A stretch of DNA of 32,000 nt from Candidatus Saccharimonas aalborgensis (GCF_000392435.1 NC_021219.1:540001-572000), one strand, 5' to 3'. Shown: positions 1-7,360, counted from the first letter of the stretch. Notes: generated by a model from the letters alone, not told the origin. Numbers and translations are program-made.

Positions 1-2073
1 CTCACTGCGTCCTTCAGAAATTGCACCAGCCAGGACATTGTCTTTGTGACCAATTCCGGTCGCATACTCATTGAGTGACCTGCCGTCAATAGCGCGGACC
101 TGACCGCTAAAGATTGGCTTACCGTCAGCATCGCGGCGAATCACGCCGTGCTCGTCGCGCTGGTGGACTTGGCCATTGCTGAGTAGTTCGTCATTGATTT
201 GGTTCTTGAGTCGGTGTTCGGCCTGAGATTTTCGGATAGCGGTGAGAGAGATTCCCTCGGCTGTCTCAAAGGCAGTGGCTGCGAGTTGCTGCATCGCAGG
301 GGTGGCAATAGGTGCGTGGCCCACGCGCAGCTCATCGTAGGCCGCTTCAATTTGTTCGCCGGCAAGTTTGGCCCGATCGCCCGCCAAGCGGACACTCAGT
401 TCCTTTTCAAGCTCTGATGCGTCTGTTTTTATCTTGACGTGCCAGTTTTCGTCCAAACTATGCTGGATACGCTGTTTATCCCGTTCAGTTTGGCGAGTGG
501 CGGTATCAATGCGTCGACCTTCCATCGAGTCGTTAAAGAGGTTGTCATAGGTAGATTCGTTTACTTTTTTCCATGCTTCACGACGACGACGGTTATAGTT
601 GACGTTACGTGTGGTACGATTTGCCCAGTTGTTACGACCCTTGCCGGCGAGTACGCGGGCTTTTTCTTGCTCGGCCCGCTCCTTTGCCCAGTTGCGAGTA
701 CGATCCATAATGCCAGCTTTTGGATTATTGACCATACCGGCAATGCGCCCAAGGAGTGATCCGCTAAACTTAATGAGCATTGGTGTAATAGCAACCGGTG
801 CTATCTGAACGGCCATACCGAGGATAATGAGGTTAAATGAGTCGGCGTTTTGTATGATGGCCATGCCGGCAAGTTGTGAGCCACCAAATATGACGGCAAA
901 TATCGGGAACATCAGGAGCATTGTAGTGAGTAGCTCGCGCCATTTTGTGAAGTATTTTTCGGTATTTGGGAGGATGTAGGCGACAAATGCTAGCGGTGAG
1001 ACGATGATGAGAACAGTGATGAGTGCCTGTCGAGCTGCCATTACCAGGAGTGCGACGAGAACAGCCATCAATATCCCAACCAGGATCGGTATCAAGAGGT
1101 AGAGGGCGCCAGGGAGTGAACCGCCGAGGACGACAAACTTAGCGTAGAGTCCCAAGGCAGTGACCGCTGTTCCTCCTGAGAGGACAGCACTTGCAACACT
1201 TGACCAGCTGAGTGCAGTGATGTTGCCATAGTTTTCGGTAGTGCTCATGGCGTTGAAAATACCAAGGAACATATCGTGAATCGCATAGCCAAGATAATTT
1301 GAAACGTCTACTGCCAGTGCGCAGATCCAGTATGAGATGTTTACGAGAACGGCGGTGATAATGAGGCGAGGCAACATTTTTTTGATACCGTAGTTGCTGA
1401 TACCGACATTTGATATCTGAGAGTAAATAACAACCAGAAATGCGACGACGAAGAGAGCGTTGGCGATATCTCGTACGATTACCCACATCCTGTAGAGAGA
1501 GTTAGTAGTCGAGGTTTGGACTGGGCGGACGGTGAGAAATGACGACAACGCGTTATAGAGGTGGTCCATGCCGCTTGCTAAGAAATTGACGATCGGACAG
1601 ATAAACCAACCCAGGCCATTAGTGACTGATCCACTACAGGTGCTGGGGGTGGGAGAACTGGTGTTGTTTGTAATGCCGTTGACGATAGCAACGGCGACAG
1701 GTGGTGAAGGATTGCTATACTGGCCAGAATTGAAATCATACACAATGTACTGTGCGCTCGTTGCCTTGGTGGGATCTTGAGCTGTGTCAATGATAATCGC
1801 CTCACGTTTGTTGGTTTGAGGATTTTGGAATTCAAAGACGTGCGTTCCGACCGGTAATTGGCGGCTATCACCAGCTTGAATATCGGCAGTTTGGGTGAAA
1901 CTGCCGTTATTGTAGGTGATGGTGTTTCCGTTACGGACCGCATCGGCGGCGCTAACAGGGGCACTAAGCAAGAGATTGCAGGAAAAAACAGCCACAAGGA
2001 GACTTGTGACAATCAACACTAAATTCCGCAGGTGTATTCTACCGTGCGGGAGGATGGTGCGCAGTTCCCACAT
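1..2073 (-). CDS. VirB6/TrbL-like polytopic T4SS membrane protein (N-terminal 691 codons; 3' end lies beyond window start)
   Basis: Absent from the ORF track because it is open-ended. I read every codon of the minus frame whose top coordinate is divisible by 3, from 2073 down to 1, and found no stop. ATG at 2073-2071. N-terminal signal-like segment (RNLVLIVTSLLVAVFSCNLLLSAPVSAADA), then a ~150-aa Thr/Asn/Pro-rich exposed region. At least 6 hydrophobic helices follow (e.g. MWVIVRDIANALFVVAFLVVIYS, LPRLIITAVLVNISYWICALAV, LIPILVGILMAVLVALLVMAA, ITVLIIVSPLAFVAYIL, TTMLLMFPIFAVIFGG, LIILGMAVQIAPVAITPMLI), then a long charged tail. Divergent from the pilin operon. Family call rests on topology and context only. 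Confidence 0.6.
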   Translation of the reverse strand, partial: MWELRTILPHGRIHLRNLVLIVTSLLVAVFSCNLLLSAPVSAADAVRNGNTITYNNGSFTQTADIQAGDSRQLPVGTHVFEFQNPQTNKREAIIIDTAQDPTKATSAQYIVYDFNSGQYSNPSPPVAVAIVNGITNNTSSPTPSTCSGSVTNGLGWFICPIVNFLASGMDHLYNALSSFLTVRPVQTSTTNSLYRMWVIVRDIANALFVVAFLVVIYSQISNVGISNYGIKKMLPRLIITAVLVNISYWICALAVDVSNYLGYAIHDMFLGIFNAMSTTENYGNITALSWSSVASAVLSGGTAVTALGLYAKFVVLGGSLPGALYLLIPILVGILMAVLVALLVMAARQALITVLIIVSPLAFVAYILPNTEKYFTKWRELLTTMLLMFPIFAVIFGGSQLAGMAIIQNADSFNLIILGMAVQIAPVAITPMLIKFSGSLLGRIAGMVNNPKAGIMDRTRNWAKERAEQEKARVLAGKGRNNWANRTTRNVNYNRRRREAWKKVNESTYDNLFNDSMEGRRIDTATRQTERDKQRIQHSLDENWHVKIKTDASELEKELSVRLAGDRAKLAGEQIEAAYDELRVGHAPIATPAMQQLAATAFETAEGISLTAIRKSQAEHRLKNQINDELLSNGQVHQRDEHGVIRRDADGKPIFSGQVRAIDGRSLNEYATGIGHKDNVLAGAISEGRSE

Positions 2074-2180
2074 AACCGTATTTATACTACCATTTTTAGG
2101 ATAAAAAGTCAATGCTTTTGGGGAGATAGCAGTTTGTTTTTTTGAGAGAGATGTGTACACTGAAATCCAGAGGATAAATT

Positions 2181-2534
2181 ATGCGGCGATATATAGCGTT
2201 TACTGGTTTCGGTCTAGCCCTTATGGCTCTCGTGCTGTTTTCGACTGAAAATGCTTCAGCGGCTGCACAGTGTTCCATTTTGCCTCAGTCTGTCTGTGAC
2301 GGTGGAGTGATGGGCCTGATAAAGTTCGCATTGCAGATTTTGACGGCAGGTGTCGGTATTGTGGCGGTGGGCACGGTTATTTTTGCTGGTATTCTCTACA
2401 CCAGTGCTGGAGATAATGCAAACCAAGTGAGCCAGGCAAAAACGCTGATCACCAACGTCATTATCGGGGTGATTTCTTATGGTCTGATGGCCCTCATTCT
2501 CAACTTCTTAATTCCCGGAGGAGTATTCGGATGA
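2181..2534 (+). CDS. VirB2/TrbC-like T4SS pilin paralog P1 (117 aa, divergent member)
   Basis: AGAGGA RBS about 8 nt upstream. Signal peptide (..STENASA/AA), Cys pair CSILPQSVC, and two TM helices flanking the polar loop YTSAGDNANQVSQAK. Confidence 0.65.
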   Translation: MRRYIAFTGFGLALMALVLFSTENASAAAQCSILPQSVCDGGVMGLIKFALQILTAGVGIVAVGTVIFAGILYTSAGDNANQVSQAKTLITNVIIGVISYGLMALILNFLIPGGVFG

Positions 2535-2953
2535 TACGTTCTATCTATCTCGCGCTGAGCCTTATCGTTGTCTCTATCACAACATCATTTATGATTGCAT
2601 CAACTCCCGTAAGTGCTGCCTGCAGCCCCGATACATTGCTTGGGGTCCCAGCGTGGTACCGAAACCTACAAAATGGTGATTGTAGTATCAAGTTCCCCGG
2701 AAACGCCGACGGTGATATGTCGCGCTTTATCTGGATGATAGTGCTCAATATCCTCCAGGCGGCACTCGTCGTTGTGGCGTATATTGCGATATTCTTCATC
2801 ATAAAGGGCGGCTTCATGTATATTACTAGCGCAGGCTCAACCGATGGTATGGCAAGCGCAAAAAAAACAATCACCAATGCAATCATTGGTTTGATCATCT
2901 GTATTGCTGCCGCGTCAATCGTTAATGCAATCGCGGGGCTCATAAAGGGATAA
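2531..2953 (+). CDS. VirB2/TrbC-like T4SS pilin paralog P2 (140 aa)
   Basis: ATGA start/stop overlap with P1 (2531-2534) and a GGAGGAG RBS. Signal peptide (..TPVSA/AC) and a Cys pair 20 residues apart. TM-loop-TM core FIIKGGFMYITSAGSTDGMASAKKTITNAIIGLII. Confidence 0.65.
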   Translation: MIRSIYLALSLIVVSITTSFMIASTPVSAACSPDTLLGVPAWYRNLQNGDCSIKFPGNADGDMSRFIWMIVLNILQAALVVVAYIAIFFIIKGGFMYITSAGSTDGMASAKKTITNAIIGLIICIAAASIVNAIAGLIKG

Positions 2954-2955
2954 CT

Positions 2956-3240
2956 ATGAATACACTATTTGCAGCGGTCTTTAATTCTACCAGTGAAATT
3001 GGCTTCAAGGGTCCAACCAAGTCGATAGACGTCAAAAACGATATCCTCTACCCTGTCTATTTTTGGGCAGGCATTGTCGCAGTTATCGTCATTATTATTG
3101 CTGGTTTCTTCTACGTCACTTCTCAAGGAGAGGCGCAAAATGTTGTGCGAGCAAAAAATGCTATCCTCAGTGCAATTATTGGCCTTGCTATCATTATGGG
3201 TGCGTTTGTCATCACTAAGTTTGTCGTAGGAGGACTTTAG
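2956..3240 (+). CDS. VirB2/TrbC-like T4SS pilin paralog P3 (94 aa, no signal peptide)
   Basis: Starts 2 nt after the P2 stop. Core IIIAGFFYVTSQGEAQNVVRAKNAILSAIIGLAII matches the family motif. The N-terminus is hydrophilic, with no signal peptide and no Cys. Confidence 0.6.
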   Translation: MNTLFAAVFNSTSEIGFKGPTKSIDVKNDILYPVYFWAGIVAVIVIIIAGFFYVTSQGEAQNVVRAKNAILSAIIGLAIIMGAFVITKFVVGGL

Positions 3241-3243
3241 GAG

Positions 3244-3642
3244 ATGATGAGGACTCTTCGACGTATAGTCACTGGGGTGGCAATGATTGCAGGAATACTC
3301 ATCGTTGTACCGACAGCGGGGGCTCTCGATCTCTCACCCATATGTTCAGACCCAAATATTCCCGCGGAACAAAAGGCTGGCTGTAGTGTAGTGGGTGAAA
3401 ACAAGCTCGGTCAAAACGGTAATGCATCTCTCGTTATGAATGGGATCAGAACTGCTTTGATAGCATTGGGCTCGATCGCTGTCCTTATGATCGTTATCGG
3501 GGGCTTTAAGTATGTCACGTCACAAGGCGATCCGAATCATATCAAGGCAGCAAAAGACACTATTCTCTACTCTGTGATTGGGTTGATCGTGGCGATTCTT
3601 TCGTTTGCAGTTGTTCAGGCAGTAGCAAGTAGGTTTAGTTAA
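3244..3642 (+). CDS. VirB2/TrbC-like T4SS pilin paralog P4 (132 aa)
   Basis: GGAGGA RBS at 3229-3234. Signal peptide (..PTAGA/LD) and a Cys pair (CSDPNIPAEQKAGC). Core VLMIVIGGFKYVTSQGDPNHIKAAKDTILYSVIGLIVAIL. Confidence 0.75.
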   Translation: MMRTLRRIVTGVAMIAGILIVVPTAGALDLSPICSDPNIPAEQKAGCSVVGENKLGQNGNASLVMNGIRTALIALGSIAVLMIVIGGFKYVTSQGDPNHIKAAKDTILYSVIGLIVAILSFAVVQAVASRFS

Positions 3643-3665
3643 TAGTAATAAGGAGTTACAAAAAA

Positions 3666-4043
3666 ATGAAGAAAGTCGTTCAAGCTACCAGCATCATCGC
3701 TCTAGTAGTGGGAATAGGTTTAGTTGTTGGATCGACAACGTTTGCCGCTGACTGTACATCCGCCGCGACGTGTATCGGGACGGGTGCAAACACGGCGGGC
3801 GGTAGTGGACAGAATGGTGATCTTGGTGGACTCATCAAGACAGTTGTTAATACCCTGTTGTATGTACTTGGTGCTGCCGCAGTCCTTATGATTGTCATTG
3901 GTGGTATTCGCTATGTTACCTCGCAGGGCGATCCAGCGCACATTAAATCGGCAAAAGACACCATTCTCTACTCTGTTATTGGGTTGATTGTTGCCATTCT
4001 CGCCTACGCGCTTGTCAATTTTGTCGTGACAAATGTGAAATAG
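3666..4043 (+). CDS. VirB2/TrbC-like T4SS pilin paralog P5 (125 aa)
   Basis: AAGGAG RBS. Signal peptide (..STTFA/AD) and a Cys pair (CTSAATC). Core VLMIVIGGIRYVTSQGDPAHIKSAKDTILYSVIGLIVAIL. Confidence 0.75.
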   Translation: MKKVVQATSIIALVVGIGLVVGSTTFAADCTSAATCIGTGANTAGGSGQNGDLGGLIKTVVNTLLYVLGAAAVLMIVIGGIRYVTSQGDPAHIKSAKDTILYSVIGLIVAILAYALVNFVVTNVK

Positions 4044-4057
4044 TATTTAACACGCTA

Positions 4058-4086
4058 TTAACATTTGCCTGCAAGTTTGTTATATA
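4058..4086 (+). promoter_or_regulatory. Candidate sigma70-type promoter for P6 (TTAACA-N17-TATATA)
   Basis: TTAACA at 4058-4063, 17-nt spacer, TATATA at 4081-4086, about 40 nt upstream of the ATG at 4126. Confidence 0.4.
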
Positions 4087-4125
4087 TAGAAGCAAGAGTA
4101 TATTCCAATAATGAAAGGATATTTC

Positions 4126-4551
4126 ATGAAGTTATCTATCAAACAGCATCTCCTAGGGCTCTTAGCAGTACCCGCCCTTGTGTTGAGTGTGAGCTCGGCT
4201 CCGGTATTCGCAGCCAATAATATCTCACTGAGCCAAGGTGCTGGCTCTGCAAAGGGTGATGACCAAACATCCTGTCTCTTTGGAACAGAGGCGGGCTGTA
4301 GTGGTCAGACCCCGCTCTTCAAAACGATTACCAACGTTCTCCTGTTTATCATTGGTGCTGTATCGGTGATTATGCTGATCATTGGCGGTATTCGTTACAC
4401 TGTCTCTCAGGGTGATAGCACAGCAATCCAAAATGCCAAAAATACGATCTTGTATGCGATCGTCGGTATCGTTGTCGCCATACTTGCCTTTGCCCTTGTC
4501 AACTTTGTCATTAGTAACTTCGCATCGGCCAACAACAGTACGACCCCATAA
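4126..4551 (+). CDS. VirB2/TrbC-like T4SS pilin paralog P6 (141 aa)
   Basis: The ATG at 4126 has an AAAGGA RBS 7-8 nt upstream; the track start at 4111 adds 5 aa and has no RBS. Signal peptide (..SAPVFA/AN) and a Cys pair (CLFGTEAGC). Core VIMLIIGGIRYTVSQGDSTAIQNAKNTILYAIVGIVVAIL. Confidence 0.75.
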   Translation: MKLSIKQHLLGLLAVPALVLSVSSAPVFAANNISLSQGAGSAKGDDQTSCLFGTEAGCSGQTPLFKTITNVLLFIIGAVSVIMLIIGGIRYTVSQGDSTAIQNAKNTILYAIVGIVVAILAFALVNFVISNFASANNSTTP

Positions 4552-4575
4552 TATAAAGGCTATAAATAGTCGCTT

Positions 4576-4616
4576 AATGCAATACGCCACCCCCTACCGG
4601 AGCGGCGTATTGCATT
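4576..4616 (+). terminator. Hairpin downstream of the pilin operon
   Basis: Perfect 13-bp stem, AATGCAATACGCC (4576-4588) with GGCGTATTGCATT (4604-4616), and a 15-nt loop. No T-run follows. Confidence 0.4.
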
Positions 4617-4642
4617 GCAGGCACGTATGCTCTTGGAGGGCT

Positions 4643-4681
4643 AACAAAAAACGACCTATAATATCTCGGTCGTTTTTTGTT
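4643..4681. terminator. Bidirectional rho-independent terminator between the pilin operon and hsp20
   Basis: AACAAAAAACGACC (4643-4656) pairs with GGTCGTTTTTTGTT (4668-4681). A/T runs sit on both sides, between convergent genes. Confidence 0.7.
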
Positions 4682-4691
4682 AGCAAGATGA

Positions 4692-5168
4692 TTACTGAAT
4701 AGTAATTTTCTTCGCCTGCTCTTGTTTCACCTTTGAAAACGTGATGCTCAGAACACCATCTTTAAGTATGGCAGCGACTTCATCCTCCTTTACGGCCACG
4801 GGAAGGGCCAATGTTCGGCTAAATTCGCCCCAATAGCATTCCTGAATGTGCCAGTTGGTTGCGTGACTATCGTCACCGCTACTCAACGTACCACTAATAG
4901 TTAAAATCCCGTCGCTGATACTGACATCCAGATCTTCCTTGTTGACGCCAGCTGTTCTTGCCTTGACGATGAGCTGTTCCTCGGTCTCGTATACATCAAC
5001 TGCTAACTGGCCAGGAAAATCATCCTCGGCTTCTCCCCAGGCAGTATCGTCACCTGAAGATTGAATTGGTGATACAGATGTCTGATCATCTGAAACGCTG
5101 TCGTCATTTAAAAATGCAGCAGCTAGTTCGTCCTCGATCAATAGATCGTCGTTTTGCTTACGTGCCAT
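4692..5168 (-). CDS. Hsp20/alpha-crystallin family small heat-shock protein (158 aa)
   Basis: Alpha-crystallin-like core (LAVDVYETEEQLIVKARTAGVNKEDLDVSISDGILTISG...FSRTLALPVAVKEDEVAAILKDGVLSITFSK). Start set at ATG 5168, preceded by GGAGG (GTGGAGGATATCATG). The track start at 5234 lies inside the promoter. Confidence 0.85.
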   Translation of the reverse strand: MARKQNDDLLIEDELAAAFLNDDSVSDDQTSVSPIQSSGDDTAWGEAEDDFPGQLAVDVYETEEQLIVKARTAGVNKEDLDVSISDGILTISGTLSSGDDSHATNWHIQECYWGEFSRTLALPVAVKEDEVAAILKDGVLSITFSKVKQEQAKKITIQ

Positions 5169-5216
5169 GATATCCTCCACTTTTCTCGCTGGCTTGTTGA
5201 CAAATAGTCGAGATTT

Positions 5217-5245
5217 ATTATAACTAATCAGCACGGTATAATCAA
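5217..5245 (-). promoter_or_regulatory. Candidate sigma70 promoter of hsp20 (TTGATT-N17-TATAAT)
   Basis: On the minus strand, TTGATT lies at 5245-5240, then a 17-nt spacer, then TATAAT at 5222-5217. A plus-strand TTGACA (5197-5202)-N16-TATAAC (5219-5224) facing comFC overlaps the same -10 region. Confidence 0.45.
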
Positions 5246-5276
5246 TAAGTACACCGATGAAAACGTAAAAAATACA

Positions 5277-5957
5277 ATGCTCGATATCGTTGGAAATGTT
5301 TTAGCACCACACTACTGTTGCTCTTGCGGAGAGATTGGCACTGTTTTTTGTGATTATTGTAAATACGACATCATTTGTGACCCATTTGAGCGATGTATCA
5401 TGTGTCTCGGGCCCGTCGAGGATCGCGGAGCCCACTGCTCACGCTGCGCTGCACCGTATGTGCGTGCCTGGTGTGTTGCTGAACGTGCGGGAGCAGTTAA
5501 GGTCCTTATCGATGCATTCAAGTTTGATGGCTTGAGGGGTGCTGCAAAACCACTCGGTGAGTTTATTTCCAGTGCTCTCCCTGACCTGCCTGACAACCTT
5601 GTGATTGCCAGTGTTCCCACTGTATCTACCCACATTCGTCAACGCGGTTATGATCATGCTGCCCTCATAGCACGAGAAGTGGCACGGCAGCGTGGCGTAA
5701 AATACCAGGCTCTCTTGAAACGGCGAACCACGACAGTTCAGCAAGGGGCACGCAGGAAAGAGCGACTAAAACAAGCGGAGGGGGCGTTTGAGGCTGTTCG
5801 CCGTATTGATGGTGGCACAGTTCTTATCATTGACGACATCTTTACAACTGGCGCAACGCTACACTACGCGGCAACAACACTTTTGGCTGCTGGTGCCAGA
5901 GAGGTATGGGTGGCGGTGGCTGCTCGTCAACCACTCGACGACCCCGTTTCTCTCTGA
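5277..5957 (+). CDS. comFC: ComF family protein (ComFC-type; phosphoribosyltransferase domain with N-terminal Cys-rich zinc-finger region)
   Basis: N-terminal CCSCG..CDYC..CIMC..CSRC cysteine pairs. C-terminal PRTase motif VLIIDDIFTTGATL. Confidence 0.8.
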   Translation: MLDIVGNVLAPHYCCSCGEIGTVFCDYCKYDIICDPFERCIMCLGPVEDRGAHCSRCAAPYVRAWCVAERAGAVKVLIDAFKFDGLRGAAKPLGEFISSALPDLPDNLVIASVPTVSTHIRQRGYDHAALIAREVARQRGVKYQALLKRRTTTVQQGARRKERLKQAEGAFEAVRRIDGGTVLIIDDIFTTGATLHYAATTLLAAGAREVWVAVAARQPLDDPVSL

Positions 5958-5974
5958 TATAGTAAGCATACTAT

Positions 5975-6062
5975 GGAGAGGTGACCGAGTGGTTGATGGT
6001 AACGGTCTTGAAAACCGTCGTGGGGCAACTCACCGCGAGTTCGAATCTCGCCCTCTCCGCCA
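5975..6062 (+). tRNA. tRNA-Ser (anticodon UGA), CCA encoded
   Basis: Acceptor GGAGAGG/CCTCTCC, 3-bp class II D stem, anticodon arm ACGGT-CTTGAAA-ACCGT, long variable arm, T arm GCGAG-TTCGAAT-CTCGC, then G-CCA. Confidence 0.92.
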
Positions 6063-6097
6063 GAGAAAAGACACCCGAACGGGTGTTTTTTCTCTGG
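6060..6097 (+). terminator. Rho-independent terminator that includes the tRNA CCA end
   Basis: 17-bp stem, 6060-6076 (CCAGAGAAAAGACACCC) with 6081-6097 (GGGTGTTTTTTCTCTGG), loop GAAC. The descending arm carries a T-run. Confidence 0.7.
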
Positions 6098-6231
6098 CGG
6101 AATAGGCGCTTAGATTTGAACTCGCGGGCGCGGCGTTAGCCGCGCAAACCGCGATTTCGTGAAGCGACGCGCAGCAAAACTTGCTTGCTTGTTTTGCAAG
6201 CGAGCGGAAATAGGGATCATAAGTGACCGCT

Positions 6232-6283
6232 ATCTCGCCCTCTCCGCCAAGCAAAGTGACCCCAACGGGGTCTTTTTGTTTGG
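6232..6283 (+). repeat. Second copy of the tRNA-Ser(UGA) 3' end (18 nt) plus a terminator-like hairpin
   Basis: ATCTCGCCCTCTCCGCCA at 6232-6249 is identical to 6045-6062. It is followed by a 17-position stem, 6247-6263 with 6267-6283, homologous to the 6060-6097 hairpin but carrying compensatory changes. Confidence 0.8.
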
Positions 6284-6326
6284 CGTGGTGATGCGCGAAG
6301 AATTTCACTCATGCTATACTGTGCAC

Positions 6327-6926
6327 ATGGATAGCGATCAGCGTCAGCAAGTTCAAGAACTGCCTAGCGAGGAAGTGCCAGAAGAGGTGCAGCCCATGTC
6401 CAGTGATGCCCCTGCTGAGGACGCACAACCGCTCTCACAATCCCCTGAGGCAGGTGACGAGGACGAGGAGACGCTTCTGAGATGGGAGTCACCCGAATAT
6501 GTTCAACATGAACGCCCGGTAGTGTGGTATATCATCATGACTGTCGTTGTTGCCGCACTGATGGCGGTTGCTATTTTTTGGATGAACTCAATCTCATTTG
6601 CACTGCTTATACCGGTCATGGTGGTGGCACTTCTTGTGTATGTTAGGCGACCGCCAGCCGTCGTACATTATACGCTAAGCCGTAAGGGGCTTCATGTTGA
6701 TGATCGATTGTTGCCTTACGACACATTCAAATCCTTTGGTGTTATTGTTCAAGGCGGCCATAACAGCATCATATTAACACCTCGGAAGCGATTCCAACTG
6801 GCACAAGTCCTGTATTTTCCTGAGGACGTTGGTGAACCACTCGTTGATATGCTTGCTGCTCGTCTGCCAATGAAGGAAGTAAAACCAGACCTCTACGACA
6901 GAATTACCTCTAAACTTCGTATTTAA
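6327..6926 (+). CDS. Hypothetical membrane protein (acidic disordered N-terminus, 2 TM helices, C-terminal PH-like soluble domain), 199 aa
   Basis: Start set at ATG 6327; the upstream part of the track ORF overlaps the repeat and terminator. TGCTATACT at 6312-6320 sits 6 nt from the ATG. TM helices VVWYIIMTVVVAALMAVAIFW and ISFALLIPVMVVALLVYV. Confidence 0.6.
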   Translation: MDSDQRQQVQELPSEEVPEEVQPMSSDAPAEDAQPLSQSPEAGDEDEETLLRWESPEYVQHERPVVWYIIMTVVVAALMAVAIFWMNSISFALLIPVMVVALLVYVRRPPAVVHYTLSRKGLHVDDRLLPYDTFKSFGVIVQGGHNSIILTPRKRFQLAQVLYFPEDVGEPLVDMLAARLPMKEVKPDLYDRITSKLRI

Positions 6927-6928
6927 AG

Positions 6929-6950
6929 CAGCCCCCTAAGGAGGGGGCTG
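6929..6950. terminator. Bidirectional hairpin between convergent genes
   Basis: CAGCCCCCT (6929-6937), loop AAGG, AGGGGGCTG (6942-6950). Confidence 0.55.
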
Positions 6951-6976
6951 AGATAGGATCTACCCTGTAAGTTCTC

Positions 6977-7360
6977 TTACGAGCCGTAGATGGTAGAGTA
7001 GTTTCCGTTGGTACGATACATGCGTGCTCCAGCGATTTGGGCATACATATCGTATGGCTGTAGGTTATCAACGTTAAAGGACGCGATTGGACCACAAGAG
7101 ATGGCTGCCCGTATACCGGGCCATACCTCATCTGCTCTTCTTAATCGCACTTCAACACAATAGCCGTCGGTCTTTATATCCTGCACCTCGCCATAAACGC
7201 GGTGTCCAGGAATATCAAGTCGGAAGCCTATCCACGCCCTCCCCCAGGTTGTGTACTTCCACTGGTAGTCGACAGCGTGGGCCACATTAAATGGCATGCC
7301 GCTGAGTGAAACCATAACAGCAGCACAGATCGCCACTAGCACTCTTTTTATACTAGTCAT
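6977..7360 (-). CDS. Hypothetical secreted protein (127 aa, signal peptide, 2 Cys)
   Basis: Strong RBS AAGGAGGTGAT directly upstream of ATG 7360. Signal peptide MTSIKRVLVAICAAVMVSLSGMPFNVAHA. No family recognised. Confidence 0.6.
   Translation of the reverse strand: MTSIKRVLVAICAAVMVSLSGMPFNVAHAVDYQWKYTTWGRAWIGFRLDIPGHRVYGEVQDIKTDGYCVEVRLRRADEVWPGIRAAISCGPIASFNVDNLQPYDMYAQIAGARMYRTNGNYSTIYGS

Noticed and set aside
141-2012. Track ORFs in the first 2 kb (141-395, 199-417, 439-759, 561-794, 1139-1486, 1578-2012 and others)
   Set aside because: All are out of frame with, or antisense to, the uninterrupted 691-codon minus-strand ORF (1-2073). That ORF has coherent membrane-protein features; the small ORFs look like frame shadows (Cys/Arg/Ser-rich).
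2545-2943. 132-aa minus-strand ORF antisense to pilin paralog P2
   Set aside because: The plus-strand gene has an RBS, translational coupling and the family motif. The hydrophobic antisense ORF is the usual mirror image of a TM-rich gene.
6030-6326. 92-aa minus-strand ORF (6030-6308) and the 56-aa N-terminal extension of the 6159 ORF
   Set aside because: Both run through the tRNA 3' end, the terminator hairpins and the repeat. The coding start at 6327 has a promoter box immediately upstream, and the extension is Cys/Arg-rich with no coding character.
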